Shown piece by piece: positions 13,501 through 28,500 of a stretch of DNA of 64,000 nucleotides. Source of the DNA: Ruditapes philippinarum (taxonomy: Eukaryota); assembly GCF_026571515.1 (NCBI RefSeq), contig NW_026861601.1:62001-126000 (forward strand), given 5' to 3'. The notes under the pieces are model-generated. The model had not been told where the DNA came from. It ran no database searches and was given only the letters and a program-made list of their open reading frames with translations. Every line of letters begins with the position of its first letter. Position 1 is the stretch's first letter. The translations under genes and the position numbers were made by a program.

Positions 13501-16500
13501 TACAAGGCTTTAACAAATAATGTTATATGTACTTTAAGATTGATTATTGGCAGATTTTTTCTTTATATATAAATGAAGTTTAAAAATGAATCCTTTATAA
13601 AGAAAATTGTACATAGGTCATGAAATTTTCAAATATAGGTGTTTGGGAAGGGGTGATTAAGGGTTTGGGTAGTGTGTGGGGGTATTTTTTTTTTTCCTTC
13701 GTTAAAGCCTTTCATCAATACTGTATGTGCTAATATAATATAATTATGTAGATAAAGTTGCTATTTTTAGACATTTACTGATAATATTTTTTATGCTTAT
13801 TTCATAAACTTGTAATGTCACTAAAATATAAAAATCATACTTTGAGACACAACAGTATTTTTTTTCAATATTGATAAAGTCTTCCTTGTCATTGTATTGG
13901 CAACACACATTGAATGTTTTGACAACATAGTTGTGGAATTCACCTTGTGATTACTGAATTAAAATATAGGACATTTTTACCTACTTAAGATTGTCAAATG
14001 TTGTAACTTTTTCACATTGATAGGACAGAATATTAAACAGGCTTTTCTATGTGTGTGACAGGTCTCCTTATAAGCATAGTGGTAAGAGTCACAGACTTCA
14101 AACCACTTGTCCCTCACTCCTTTAGGTTCAAATCCCACCAAAGACTTTGAAGGTTTTTTTTTCTTGCAAGAAATTACTATTCAGCTACTTAATATGCAAG
14201 GTTGGCACATGTAAATGTCAAAAATATTGCACCTTGACAAAACGCAGCTTTTCGAACTTCCGCTGGAAATACTCAAAATTCACTCTAATGGCCTTTACGT
14301 TGATGATGCGACTTTATAGGCAAACATGAGACGAAACCAACATGAAATATCTTTAAATTATAGAATATTGAATATCTGTCTAAATTTGTTTTAATAATGT
14401 ATGCTGCCTGTAAAAACATCTGGTTCTTTTATCACCAAGCAAAACTGAAATATTAATAACAGCTTAATTTGACTTAAAGAGAATGCATTGATTTTTTTTG
14501 TCCAATGAAAATAACAGAAATAAGCTCAGTATTGTTTATCTGTTGGACATTCATAATGTATTGAATAGTCATGAAGTTAACTTGATATCTCAGTAAAAGG
14601 GATACAATTCCGTACTTGAACCAGTTTTAATTTGAATATACTTTGTAATTGATAAATTCAACAAGTGTGAAAATAACAGTTACATATGTGAAAGTTTAGA
14701 ATTTCGAAAAATAATTGCTTTAATCACAATTTGAAATTGTAAAAAGGGAGATAATAATTTAGAAAACATCGCTCCAATAAAATAAAATGAAGATTATCTT
14801 TATCTATCTATCTATTATCTATTTAAGTGATGGTATTATGTCCAAAATTAATTTGATATATTATATTTTGTTGAAATTTAATTGCAATATGCTTACAAAA
14901 TTTCAATGTTGTTCTAAGTTATAATTATTATAAACCAAATTCCTATACCTTTAAGTTAATCAGATATAATGATTTCATTACTTAGGGTACATAGGGTTAG
15001 TAGGTGACAAGTTCGAGACCAAAGGGTGGCACATTTCTGGAGAACATGTTTCAAATCCTAAAAGCACTGCACTGCTTAAAACAATTGTTTCCTGTAAAGA
15101 AGTTGTCAATTGCTTGCCAGTTGTTTGTCAGTTGTTTGCTGAGAACTGATTAATTTTTGGTACTGAGTGCTCAGTGTAAATAACTGCATGTATTTTTGTG
15201 ATATATTTATGGAAAATTAAAACGGCTATTTGACAAGTTAACACATTTTACACCCATTTTCTTATTTACGTTATCAAGGGTGACAAACTCATTTATTTTT
15301 ACAGATGAACAAAAGATGTTTTGCAGAAAATTCTGATAATTAAAACCACAGATGCCATTTTACTTTGTGTTGCTATTTCCATATATGTTACATGTAATTA
15401 TCTTCCTAATATACATTCAATTACAGCTTTATATTTTAGCTGTTCACATGTATGATTCATACAATTGATAATTCTGTCCGGATAATTGACATAAAATAAT
15501 TATATTTATAGATACTGTATTAACAGTTAGTGTGATATTGAAGGTTGGTCAATTTTGTACTTATAAAGTACAGGTCTAGGTGATACTGCTAAGTTTTGAT
15601 AGATGAACAAATTAAAAATGCCCAAGTAAAACAAAATTTGTGTGAAATGACAACATGTTGAATTAAAATATATCATCTGTGTGAATGCATTGAATATTAT
15701 ACCTGGCAACTGTCTTTTGGCAAAAAAAATTGGCAAAATTAATGAGATAAAGTTTAAAGTTTAAGTCCTATCATTTAAAAGGCAATAATTTATTCTATGG
15801 AGATTAACCATTTGCATGTTTGTATGAATTTTTTTTTTAATGTAGACTACATTCTATTCTAAGTACATAAATTTTATATCAAAGCTCTTGTATTAAATAA
15901 AAAAAGAAACTACATAGGATTTTAAATCCAGAAGAATTTAAATGCCAGGCATGTTTAAAGCCATATTTCAAATACGGTAAAGAAGTGGCTTATGTATGAA
16001 AAGCGGGAGGAAAAAATCTATAAACTATACAATACTCTTATTCATGACTTGTCTTTATAAATTTACATGCAGAAATTAGAAAGCATTAAGCAGAACGCAT
16101 TAAAGGAGAAACGAATAACCCCCACATACTACGTGTTAATCAATAACGCAATAATAAACTAAATCTACTTGGTATGTCAAACACTCCAATAAAGTGGTTG
16201 TTAAATTTGTACTTATATCTGTATGAAAGTTTGAACATGTCAATATGAATAGTGACTTAGTTTAAAGATATTCAAATCAATTTATTATGATGAAAGCTTG
16301 AAGTTTGTTTGAACAGCTCTCGAGACTGGTTTCTGCTACTTACCAGTTCTGGTGTCATATGAAAAAACATAGTTGTGACCCCATAGGGCTTGAACCCATA
16401 ATCCCTTCACTCCTTGTAATAGGGTTTCTAAGCAAACAGCATGGATACTCAGATCAGCCTGCCCTGATGCACAGGCTGGTCTGGATCCATGCTGGATACA

Positions 16501-19500
16501 AACACACTATGTTGGTTTTGTCATGGCGTGACTCAAATACATTGTCTCTTTCTTTCTGTGGTTTGGTGCCTTTTGTCTACTTTCTACTAAATCAGTTGTT
16601 GCCAGTTTGAATCCCCTGGCAAGCAGGATTTTGTTTTTTCCAAACATATTTGCATCTTTCTTTTGCAAATTTGAAATGTTTATAAATCAACTTATACAAA
16701 TTCAGTTGGGTCAGGTATACTGGTTAATGTGATAGCATTGCTAGTGTTCTGAATTTCACTTTAAAGGACAATTAATTAAGCTTTATATAGTGAAATCTAC
16801 TACATGTACAAAGATTACAAAAACTGTAAAATCATGCAATGTACAAGAAAGCAGGACAAAATATTTGATGACAAAATATTCAATTACCATTTTTAGCTGG
16901 TTTTACCATGATTTAACACGTGGTCAGTCTGCTTTATTAAAAATTTACAAAACAGCATACTCTGGTCAGATTTTTATCAAGACATAAAACACCAGTCATA
17001 GACAGCCTAATAGGTGTTAAAGCTTTTTATTTCTTTATTAGCTTGTATTTTTTGAGAGGAAAACTCAAGCTATTATGATTGCTGTGTACATGGTGTAGTT
17101 GTTGTGGTCATCGCCATGAAAAAATTAAATGTAGCCCATTATTCAAACATTTTTAGCTCGACTATTCGATAAGAATAAGTAGAGCTATTGCAGTCACCCG
17201 AGCGTCGGCGTCGGCGTAACCACTTATGTTAAAGTTTTTGTAATAGTTCAAATATTTTCAAAGTCCATTGACATATGGCTTTGAAACTTTGCACATTTGT
17301 TCACCATCATGACCCCAACCTGTAGACAGGAGAAGGTAACTCTATCAAGCATTTTGACAGAATTATGCCCCTTTTTCGACTTAGAATTTACGTTAAAGTT
17401 TTTGTAATAGTTCAAATATTTTGAAAGTCGATTGACATTATGGCTTTAAAACTTTGCACACTTGTTCACCATCATGACCCCAACCTGTAGACAGGAGGAG
17501 GTAACTCTATCAAGCATTTTGACAGAATTATGCCCCTTTTTCGAGTAAGAATTTGTGTTAAAGTTTTTGTAATAGTTCAAATATTTTCAAAGTCGATTGA
17601 CATATGGCTTTGAAACTTTGCACACTTGTTCACCATCATGACCCCAACCTGTAGACAGGAGAAGGTAACTCTATCAAGCATTTTGACAGAATTATGCCCC
17701 TTTTTCGACTTAGAATTTACGTTAAAGTTTTTGTAATAGTTCAAATATTTTCAAAGTCCATAGACATATGGCTTTGAAACTTTGCACACTTGTTCACCAT
17801 CATGACCCCAACCTGTAGACAGGAGGAGGTAACTCTATGAAGCATTTTGACAGAATTATGCCCCTTTTTCGAGTTAGAATTTGCGTTAAAGTTTTTGTAA
17901 TAGTTCAAATATTTTCAAAGTCGATTGACATATGGCTTTGAAACTTTGCACACTTGTTCACCATCATGACCCCAACCTGTAAACAGGAGGAGGTAACTGT
18001 ATCAAGCATTTTTTTTACTATCAAGCACTAAGAATAGTCGAGCGTTGCTGTCCTACCGACAGCTCTTGTTTAAGTTATCAACATTAAACTTGAAATACTT
18101 GCTTTATATTATCTTGACAAGGTGTAGACATGGGGCATAATTCTGAAAGCTATATTTTTTGGAGTTATTCCCCTTTTTAACTTAGAATCTTTGTCAAAAG
18201 TGGTTATTTTAACAGATGAGTATTCAGACTGCATGCAATGTTCTTAATTTACCTGATATAGAATTTATTCTCTATTTTCAGTCGTGCTCACACCATTGTA
18301 TGTATCAAGTTCATCCAGAAGTCAGTGAATGATGCTGGAGAAGAAATGGCTAAATCTTCTGAGGTCAACTTGGTCGATCTTGCTGGAAGGTACCGTACTA
18401 TGTTAAATTTCAGTCAGAGTTTGTCATGGCATAATAATTTATGATCATTAAATATTTCATGTGTTTACAGTCACTGCAAGGAGTAAACTGCCTTGTTTCA
18501 GTACATTTTAAAAGCATTTGAGTGACAAAATTTTCCATTTGTGAAATCTAAAAGTTGTAAAATAAGCTTTATTTGGTAAAGATGAGTCTGTTCAAATGTA
18601 AGATTGAGAATTTTTTATAAGATTTTAGAGAGAAATAGAATTTTTTATTGATTGGAAATTGATTCCTAAACCAGGCATGTATAAAGAAGAAAAATCACAT
18701 TGTTTCTGAAGATTTCCCCCAGGTAGCCTCTAATATTACGATCACACTTTTTTCCAGTGAGAGAGCTGAAAGTACCGGTGCCACTGGTGACCGTCTCAAA
18801 GAAGGTGCCGCTATTAACCAGTCATTGTCCAGTTTGGGTAACTGTATCGCAGCTCTTGCGGACCAAGCTGGTGGCAAAAACACACGAGTGCCTTACAGAA
18901 ACTCTGTACTTACTAAACTGTTGAAGAATGCCCTTGGTGGAAACAGTAAAACTATTATGGTGAGATTTTATCTTTAATTTCAGGTGTTTAATGATTAGAT
19001 TAAAATCCAATAAATTGAAGGAAATATGTTCGCCCGGTTTTTCATTTAATTTTAGTACAAAAACATCCTCAATGTTATCATTTTTGATTTCAAATTACTC
19101 AATAGTAAAGAGACTGACCCAGGTAATTCTTACAAGTGCCAACAATATAAACTTAGGCAAGCTTGCATATCTGTGAATAGGCTGTATTAACCTTGAGTAC
19201 ATTTATTGCTAAATTTAAACGTATTTTACATTGCACATAATTAAAACATCCATGACTTCTTGGAGACGGGAATCAAGATGACGTCAATGTATAAATCAAC
19301 GTCACTATTGCTTTACTTGTATATTATTGAGATAATAAAAAGATAGAAACAAGACACAACGGAAGCTTACATTACTGTACCCCACAAGAATATTGTCCAG
19401 AATTATAAAAGAAGTGGCTGTTGATTATACATGTATATGTTCTATTTATAGATTGCTGCGTTGAGTCCTGCTGATATCAACTATGATGAAACTTTGTCCA

Positions 19501-22500
19501 CCCTTAGATACGGTAAGTCTTATATCTGACATTGCAATATAGGCATTTTACCTCTTATTAAAGGAACTCTTCTGAGGTCTGAAAACTCTAAAAGCATAAA
19601 ATTTGAGTTTCGTTAATAGATCAGCTGGGTCACTTTAAAACAGAAAGATAGAAATATACTCAGAAATAAATTGAAAATCATATTTTTGTGCTATTCATCG
19701 CCAGATTTGAGTACAAAAGTGTTGCAATACTTATTTTTTACTTGAAAATCGGAGTGAGCAAATTTGAAATTTTGCAGACAAGTTATTGGTCTAGACCTAC
19801 ATTGAAAGAAACATTTAAATCCAGGAAAATTATTTCCAGTCTAGCCATGTCAAAAAACCTCAGTGGAGTCCCTTTAAGTTTTAAGATCCTCGTATAAAGT
19901 GTATTGTTCTTACCTACAAAAATATATTTCCAAAGACTATATTATGTAGGAAAATTATTTTTTTGAGATACCTAGGTGTCTTTTTAATATAGAACAGAAC
20001 ATACACTTTATTATGCCCCCATTTCGAAGAAAAGGGGGTATATTGCTTTGCACTTGTCGGTCCGTCGGTCCGTTGGTCCGTCGGTCCGTAGACCAAATGG
20101 TTTCCGAGTGATAACTAAAGAACCCTTAGGCCTAGGAACTTCAAACTTGGTATGGTGATTGGTCATGACCAGTAGATGACCCCTATTGATTTTGGGGTCA
20201 AGGGGTCAAAGGTCAAGGTCACATTGACCTTGTAAGCAAAAACGGTTTCCGATCAATAACTAAAGAGCCTTAAGGCCTAGGAACTTCAAACTTGATATGG
20301 TGATTGGTCATGATCAGTAGATGATCCCTATTGATTTTGGGGTCAAGGGGTCAAAGGTCAAGGTCACATTGACTTTGTAAGCAAAAACGGTTTCCGATCA
20401 ATAACTTAAGAACTTTAAGGCTTAGGAACTTCAAACTTGGTATGGTGATTGGTCATGATCAGTAGATGACCCCTATTGATTTTGGGGTCAAGGGGTCAAA
20501 GGTCAAGGTCACATTGACCTTGTAAGCAATAATGGTTTCCGATCAATAACTAAAGAACTTTAAGGCCTAGGAACTTCAAACTTGGTATGGTCATTGGTCA
20601 TGATCAGTAGATGACCCCTATTGATTTTAGGGTCAAGGGGTCAAAGGTCAAGGTCACATTGACCTCTTGGGTAAAAACGGTTTCTGATCAATAACAAAAG
20701 AACCCTTAGGCCTAGGAACTTCAAACTTGGTATGGTGATTGGCATGACCAGCAGATAACCCCTATTGATTTTGGGGTTAATGGGTCAAAGGTCAAGGTCA
20801 CATTGACCTTGTAGGTAAAAACGATTTCCGATCAATAACGAAAGAACCCTTAGGCCTAGGAACTTCAAACATGGTATGGTGATTGGTCATGACCAGCAGA
20901 TGACCCCTATTGATTTGGGGTTAAGGGGTCAAAGGTCAAGGTCACATTGATTTTGTAGGTAAAAACGGTTTCCGATCAATAACTAAAGAACCCTTATGCC
21001 TAGGAACTTCAAACTTGGTATGGTGATTGGTCATGACCAGCAGATGACCCCTTTTGATTTTGGGGTTAAGGGGTCAAAGGTCAAGGTCACATTGACCTTG
21101 TAGGTAAAAACGGTTTCCGATCAATAACGAAAGAACCCTTAGGCCTAGGGACTTCAAACTTGATATGGTGATTGGTCATGATCAGTAGATGACCCCTATT
21201 GACTTTGTTGGTCAAGGGGTCAAAGGTCAAGGTCACATTGACCTCTTAGGTAAAAATGGTTTCCGATCAATAACTAAAGAACCCTTAGGCCTAGGAACTT
21301 CAAACTTGGTATGATTATTGGTCATGACCAGTAGATGACCCCTATTGATATTGGGGTTAAGGGGTCAAAGGGCAAGGTCACATTGACCTTGTAGGTAAAA
21401 ATGCTTTCAAATCAATAACTTAAGAACCCTTTGGCCTAGGAACTTCAAACATGGTATGGTGATTGGTCATGACCAGCAGATGACCTATTGATTTTGGGGT
21501 CAAGGGGTCAAAGGTCAAGGTCACATTGACCTTGTATGTTAAAAACGGTTTCCGATCAATTAACTAAAAACGCTTAGGCCTAGGAACTTCAAACTTTGTA
21601 TGATGATTGGTCGTGACCAGCAGATGACCCCTATTGAGTTTTGGGTCAAGGGGTCAAAGGTTAAGGTCATGACCAGTAGATACTTGATAACCCTTATTAA
21701 TTGTTTGATCACTGGGTCAGAAGTCATAATAACCTTATCACATGACTAATTGGCTGCTGATAGGGGGCATACATGTTTTACAAACATATCTTGTTACTTT
21801 TAGAAATGAGCCAGCATGATAATAATCAAATGGTCAAAATACATTAAATATACAATGTTATTGTTCATTGATATGTTGATCATAGAGACATGTATTTGTA
21901 TTATGTCTTGAATTATTGAAATGAACAAAGCAAAATTCACTAGTTGAACTAGACAATAACCATATAACTTTTTATGCCCCCGGGCATATAGTAATTGAAC
22001 CTTCCGTCAGTCCGAGCAGACGAGAGCTACATTATGAGGTTTAGGTTTATGTACAGGCACTCTGTATGGGGTTCATTCCGTAGAGACATGTATTATGTGG
22101 TTAAAAATGCTCTTATGGGGTTAAAAAAATTTGCTCTTGTGGGGTTAAGAGATCAAAGGAATAACCCCACAAACACGTCTGCTAAGTAAGTCCGTCCGTC
22201 TGTCCGTCTGAGGTTAACCTAGAACGGCAAGTTGGATTTTTCTTAAGTTCTACCTGTACCAATGGCTTCTAAGTTTACACACTTACTAATCAATACAAAG
22301 TACATGATCTGGGCAAGTTACATAACTCTGGCTTTCATATTTACCAAGTTATTGCCCTTTTCAGCACTTAGAAAATGAATAATGGTTAACCTAAAACGGC
22401 AAGTTGGAAATATCTTAAGTTCTATCTATACTAATGACTTTATAATTTCCACACTTACTTATCAATACAAAGTACATGATATTGCCAAGTTATATAAATG

Positions 22501-25500
22501 TGTCATCCATATTTCCCAGTTATTTCCCTTTTTTCACTTTGAAAATAGGGCCTTGTCTGGTTAACCTATTTCGGCAAGTTGGATTTATCTTAAATTTCTC
22601 CTAATTGCTTAATTTGTTTAATGATATCTTTCATATTTAGTAGGTGGATACCTTTGATGGTCCTCTAATTTTTTGTGGAGTTAGCGGTCTCTAGGGTCAA
22701 GGTCAAGGTCACTGGTCACTGGTTTAAAAAATAAATATAAACATTTTTGCTCATACAGCCTTTATTTTTTAGTTGATGTCTTAGTTTAATACAAACATGC
22801 CAAGGGAGGTCCTCCTTCTTTGGGTGTAGTAAGGGGTCATTTGGGTCAAGGTCAATGTTACCACTGTCAAGGTCACCAATGTTAAAAATAGATTTTTACA
22901 TTTTTACAGGTGTATTGACCTTATTCTATAGACAGATGTTATTTATAATTGATAGAAACATAAACTTTGATGAAGTTAGTGGTCAGTTGGGTCAAGGTCA
23001 CCAGTGCTAAAAATAGATTTTTACACATTTGCTCATACAGCCTTTATTAAGTGACAGATATATTTTATATTTGGTAGGAAGATAACTTGCATGGTATTCA
23101 TCCTTTTGATTGGGGTACGGATCAGTGGGTCAAGGTCACTTGTGCTAAAAATAGATTTTTACACTTTTGCCCATACAGCTTTTATTTATTGATAGATGTA
23201 TTTCATATTTGGTAGGAAGATAACTTGCATGGTATTCTTCCTTTGGATGGAGTAAGGGGTCAGTTTGGTCAAGGTCACCACTGCTAAAAATAGATTTTTA
23301 CACTTTTGCCCATACAGCCTTTATTTATTGACAGATGTATTTCATATTTGGTAGGAAGATAACTTACATGGTATTCTTCTTTTAGATAGAGATAGGGGTC
23401 AGTTTGGTCAAGGTCACCAGTGCTCAAAGTCGATTTTAAACTTTTGCCCATACAGCCTTTATTTAATGACAGATGTATTTCATATTTGGTAGGAAGATAA
23501 CTTGCATGAAGTTAAATATTTTTCAACTTCACAAGTCAGAGCAATGACTTGGCAACTTATATTTTTTTACAATTACAAAATCCCATGACTTTGTCAAGCT
23601 AAGCTATATAACTTGTGTTTACAATTTTTTGGCAATTTTTCTGTCCATAACTGAGTGAATGGGTAAACATTTTTTGAAATATTGCTACTGACAAGAATCT
23701 GAGCCGGGGGCATTTGTGTTTAACAAACACGTTCTTGTTTATAATAATAATACAACTAAAAATACAGTAGTAGATATTCTAATCTACTTATTATTGAAAT
23801 AATATGATATCATTTATCTACAGCTGATCGTGCCAAGCAGATTAAATGTTCTGCCAAGGTTAACGAGGATCCGACTGCCGCACTGATCCGAGAACTGCAA
23901 GAAGAAAACGAAAAGCTCAAGCAGATGTTGGCAACAGGCAAAGTGGACGTGTCTCTCATGGAAGGGGACGATACTGCTGACATGACTGATGAAGGTTTGT
24001 TTTTATATAGATTATCTCCCCTTCAAATAACAATTATGAACTAATCAGAAAGGCTCTATACAGGAAATGGCTGTTTATTTTTACCTTCATCATCTTTTAT
24101 GTTTTATAAGGTTCATCTCTTTAGCAACAACTTGCAATATTGTTTTGCTGAATAACATCAAACAATTCTTGCAGTACCATTTTCCTTTGCAAATACCCAG
24201 TGACGGGCATTTTCTATGCCTTTTATACAGATTTTGGTTTTTTACATAACTTTTTTATTATTTACTTGATATGTATGTATTTCCTTCAATGATTTGAGTA
24301 TGGCAATTGAAAGAATACGATATAAATGTTAAAATGAAATTTTTTAGAGAGAGCCGCCATGAAGAACGAGCTGAAAGAAGAATATGAGAGTATGTTAGAG
24401 AAGAACAAGAAGGACATGGACAATATGGAAGCTGAATTCCAGAAACGTCTCGAGGAAGCCAAGCTCACGGTAAGTTATTTAAACAACATGGAGAGGTGGC
24501 CTATTGACTAAAGTGTATACCTTTTAACTAGAGGATACTTATGTTGATGTGCAGTAAAACCAAACAAAATAAAGAAACAAATATATATTTAATACAAGTA
24601 CTGGTGAGTTCCAGGAGGCAGGCTTGAGAAAGGGTTAATTATGGTTAAATCGAAGTGTCTGGCTTTCATCCTTTCAAACTTTATCTGAACCACTACTGAC
24701 TTTACTTATAGGCCTTTGAGCACAATTGTTAAGGTTATGACTTTCAATTATTATTTTTCCAACTTTATTGTGGCTTGTTTTTCAAGAGCACATTGAATTA
24801 TTTTGTGTGAGGAAACTATTCATCCAGCTTATGGGGAGGTTAACCATAATACCTAGATGTCTGTAACCTTCCTTCTAAATGCATGAAGGAGCTTAATATT
24901 CCCCATGATAATCTTCATCTTATAATGCTAATTTAAGTTTGACCATGCGAGGGAACTGGTAATATTCTTATTCCATTACTATGAAAGTTTCTTGTTTAAC
25001 TATTTTATCAAGAGTTGTATGTATCATAATATTATTATAGAGTGACTATGGATCTATAGCTGAGATTAATGAGAAGAAGAAGAAGCACCCACATTTGTAT
25101 AACTTGAACATGGACCCACAGATGACTGGTAAAATTATACATTTTATCATCGAGGATGACTGTACAATCATAGGAAACGGGAAGGGTGAAGGAACCGACC
25201 TCACTCTAAGAGGTGGCAGGTAAGGGTCGGTCACATTGGTTAATTGATGTTTCATGTTTAACTACTTGATGTTTTATGTTACACTAATTAATGTCTGCAC
25301 AAAGAGAAAAGATAGTAATGAGTACCTTTTGCAGGGTCAGGGTTAAACTTGCCGATATCAATTCAATTTGCACCCATGGGTATGGGTTCGAATCCTGCAA
25401 GGACAGTTTAATTATTTTATGTTGGAAACTTACTCTGCTAGTGTATTAAAAGGTTGATTTATAACTGTGTAATTAGCCAATCCTGTAATTATATAAATAG

Positions 25501-28500
25501 AAAGAATCTGAGGCCATCAGGCAATCAGGTCACCTCACTTAAGGTGGAAATTTACGTTGTGACACTGTTTTGCCATTTTGACTAAATAGACAGTCTCCAG
25601 AACCTAATAAAAAATATTTTTAATGAATGACATTTATTTTTTTACAGCATCATTGATATTCACTGTAAGATCAACCATAAAGATGGTGTGTTCACACTGG
25701 AGACATTCCCGAACGCTCGTACATTACGTAACGGTAAAGCCGTCACAAATGAGACCAAAACACTGAAACATCATGACCGTTTGGTGTTCGGTACAACCCA
25801 GTTTTTTGTGTTCGCAAATCCCTTGGATACCTCTGGATGCAAAGTAGAAGAACCGACATTTGAAATGGCCCAGGCAGAGATTGCCACGAAATCTGGTGGA
25901 TTTGACATGTCTGGTGCAAACAAATCCAGAGGTTAGTCAAACTATATACCCATGTAAAGCTGTTGTCTTGCTCTGTGCAGAGATCAAATCTTTCATCCAA
26001 TATATATAGATCACAATTGTTTATTCCAGGATTAATAATATCTGTCATATGTTGCGTTGGGCGGGTTCCCGAGGGACAGATATACCGATCCAAACCGCAA
26101 ACATATGTTAGATATTTTTTCTTGCATATTCTGCCATATTATTTCATATTTAAAATGGTTTACCTCAATATGATATATGTTCATGGAAATTAAAGTCATT
26201 TCATCCATAACTATTTTCTTACAATAGCGTATGAACTTACAACTTAAATAACAACGGCGAGATGACGTCATCCTAAGCACATATTTCTCTTCTAAAACGA
26301 CGTCATTTTAAAGCGGTTCATTCAAAAAGTGCGCTAAAATGACGTTGTTTGGCACGCGACTCATCTGGCACCCCCCCATGCCAGAGGAAATTTTCGGCAT
26401 GGGTAAAACTCACGGAAACGCCAGTCTGCTATGCAAGAGTAATCCATCTTATCTAAATGATATAATAATGTATAAACCTAGAATGAATTAGATCTTGAGC
26501 CTGGTTGCTACAAATTAGATTTTGACCCTGGATCTAATTGATGTACTTTGTATGAATTAGATTTTGACCATGTATCTAATTGTTTGATAAAAGATAATTA
26601 TATAAAAATGAAAGTTAAATATAATTTTTTATGTACACCTTTAATTGCAATAAATGTAATATAGCATTTTGTATTAATATAAAAGTTATTTATGACACAA
26701 TGCCAGGACAATGTTCATTCTTTACTGATTGATTTCAGAGGAGGCCCTTCTTCAGCAAGAGTTACTGGAGATCATGCCAGCTGTTGAGGAAGCAAACAGT
26801 GTATCAGAGGCTCTTGGTAAAAAGAAGAGATTTGATCTGATGATTGTATCTCCCGAGGCTCGAGGGGAGTTAAATGGCAGAACAGAGGTTAGTCAGGATG
26901 TCTTCATAGCAAAAAACAAGTCATTTGGTGGCTGGGTTGGGATGGGAGTAAACTGGTAGACAGGAAACAGGTCCATTGGATGGCAGGGTTGGGATGGGAG
27001 TAAAATGATAGACAGGAAACAGGGTCATTTGGTGGCAGGGTTGGGATGGGAGTAAACTGGTAGACAGGAAACAGGTCCATTGAATGGCAGGGTTTGGATG
27101 GGAGTAAAATGAGAGACAGGAGAGGTCCATTGGGTGGCATGATTGGGATGGGAGTAAACTGGTAGACAGGAAACAGGTCCATTGGATGGCAGGGTTGGGA
27201 TGGGAGTAAACTGGTAGACAGGAAACAGGGCCATTGGATGGCAGGGTTGGGATGGGAGTAAACTGGTAGACAGGAAACAGGGCCATTGGATGGCAGGGTT
27301 GGGATGGGAGTAAACTGGTAGACCGGAAACAGGTCCATTGGATGGCAGGGTTGGGATGGGAGTAAACTGGTAGACAGGAAACAGGTCCATTGAATGGCAG
27401 GGTTTGGATGGGAGTAAAATGAGAGACAGGAGAGGTCCATTGGGTGGCATGATTGGGATGGGAGTAAAATGAGAGACAGGAAACAGGGCCATTGGATGGC
27501 AGGGTTAAGAAAGAAGTAAAATGGTAGGGACAGAGAACAGGTCCAAAGTTGATTCAAAGCCCCACAAACCACAGGTTTTTTGTTTGCCAGTGAACTTCAC
27601 TTGGACTAGATTTATAGTACATAGAAGTCAGTAAAGTCAAAGGAACAGCTTATCATGTATTAATGAGAAATAGCATGTGACTTTTACATCAAGATGTGTA
27701 ACCTAAGTTATGTGAAATAATTCAGCTATCAATACCTTTACTGAATTCATGCATTCACACAAATTTCTCAAAAACATGAAACCAATGCTACATTTTGAAA
27801 AAGTAAATGATTTAACAATATCAAAAACTTAAATATCATTTATTATTTTCCCCATGCTGATGTTAAGATATTTCATTGACATTTTCTCGTATAGATATAC
27901 ATGTATCTTATCAGTTATGAATGAAAATTGTGATAGTTTTCAGTTAGTTACTTTAACTATAACAATGAACATTGCTTCCTGGTTGCTAGGTAACAATTTT
28001 GGTTTCTATGGTTACAGGTGATGGTGAAGATGACATGCACAGACACAAAGCATGAATGGATTTGGGATAGAAACAAATTTATTGACAGAAAATGCATTAT
28101 GTCTGAAATGATGGACAAGTATGAAGATGGGCTTGAATGGCAAGTTCCACAGGTATGAAACTTACTTAAATGAGTAACTACAGCCAAAGAAATTTAATTT
28201 AAAGCACTATATTTATTCTAAAGTTTTATATTTAACCCAAAGAATTGAAGAGCAAGCCAAAGATTTAGGGCTTGAAAATAATAAGACATTTCAAAGCATT
28301 GCCTTGATTCCTCAAATGATTATCTCTGTTTGCTTACATCTTAAATCTTTAAACAATATAATATATGAAAGTAATTTGAATTATTTATTAAATTTACAAA
28401 TTTTTATTTGTTGTTTGATGTATTTCAGGATAAAGATCCATTTTATGATGATCCCAAAGCAGATTTCCACATTGGCAGTGTTAAAATGTGGTTACAATCT

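Noticed and set aside
18282-18292. Switch I SSRAH (and PYRNS in exon 8) as a sign of a dead motor
   Set aside because: The P-loop, switch I Ser/Arg and switch II are intact. These are conservative variants, which I recall from this subfamily.
26904-27572. ORFs of 121-222 aa on -
   Set aside because: Translations of the 52-bp minisatellite.
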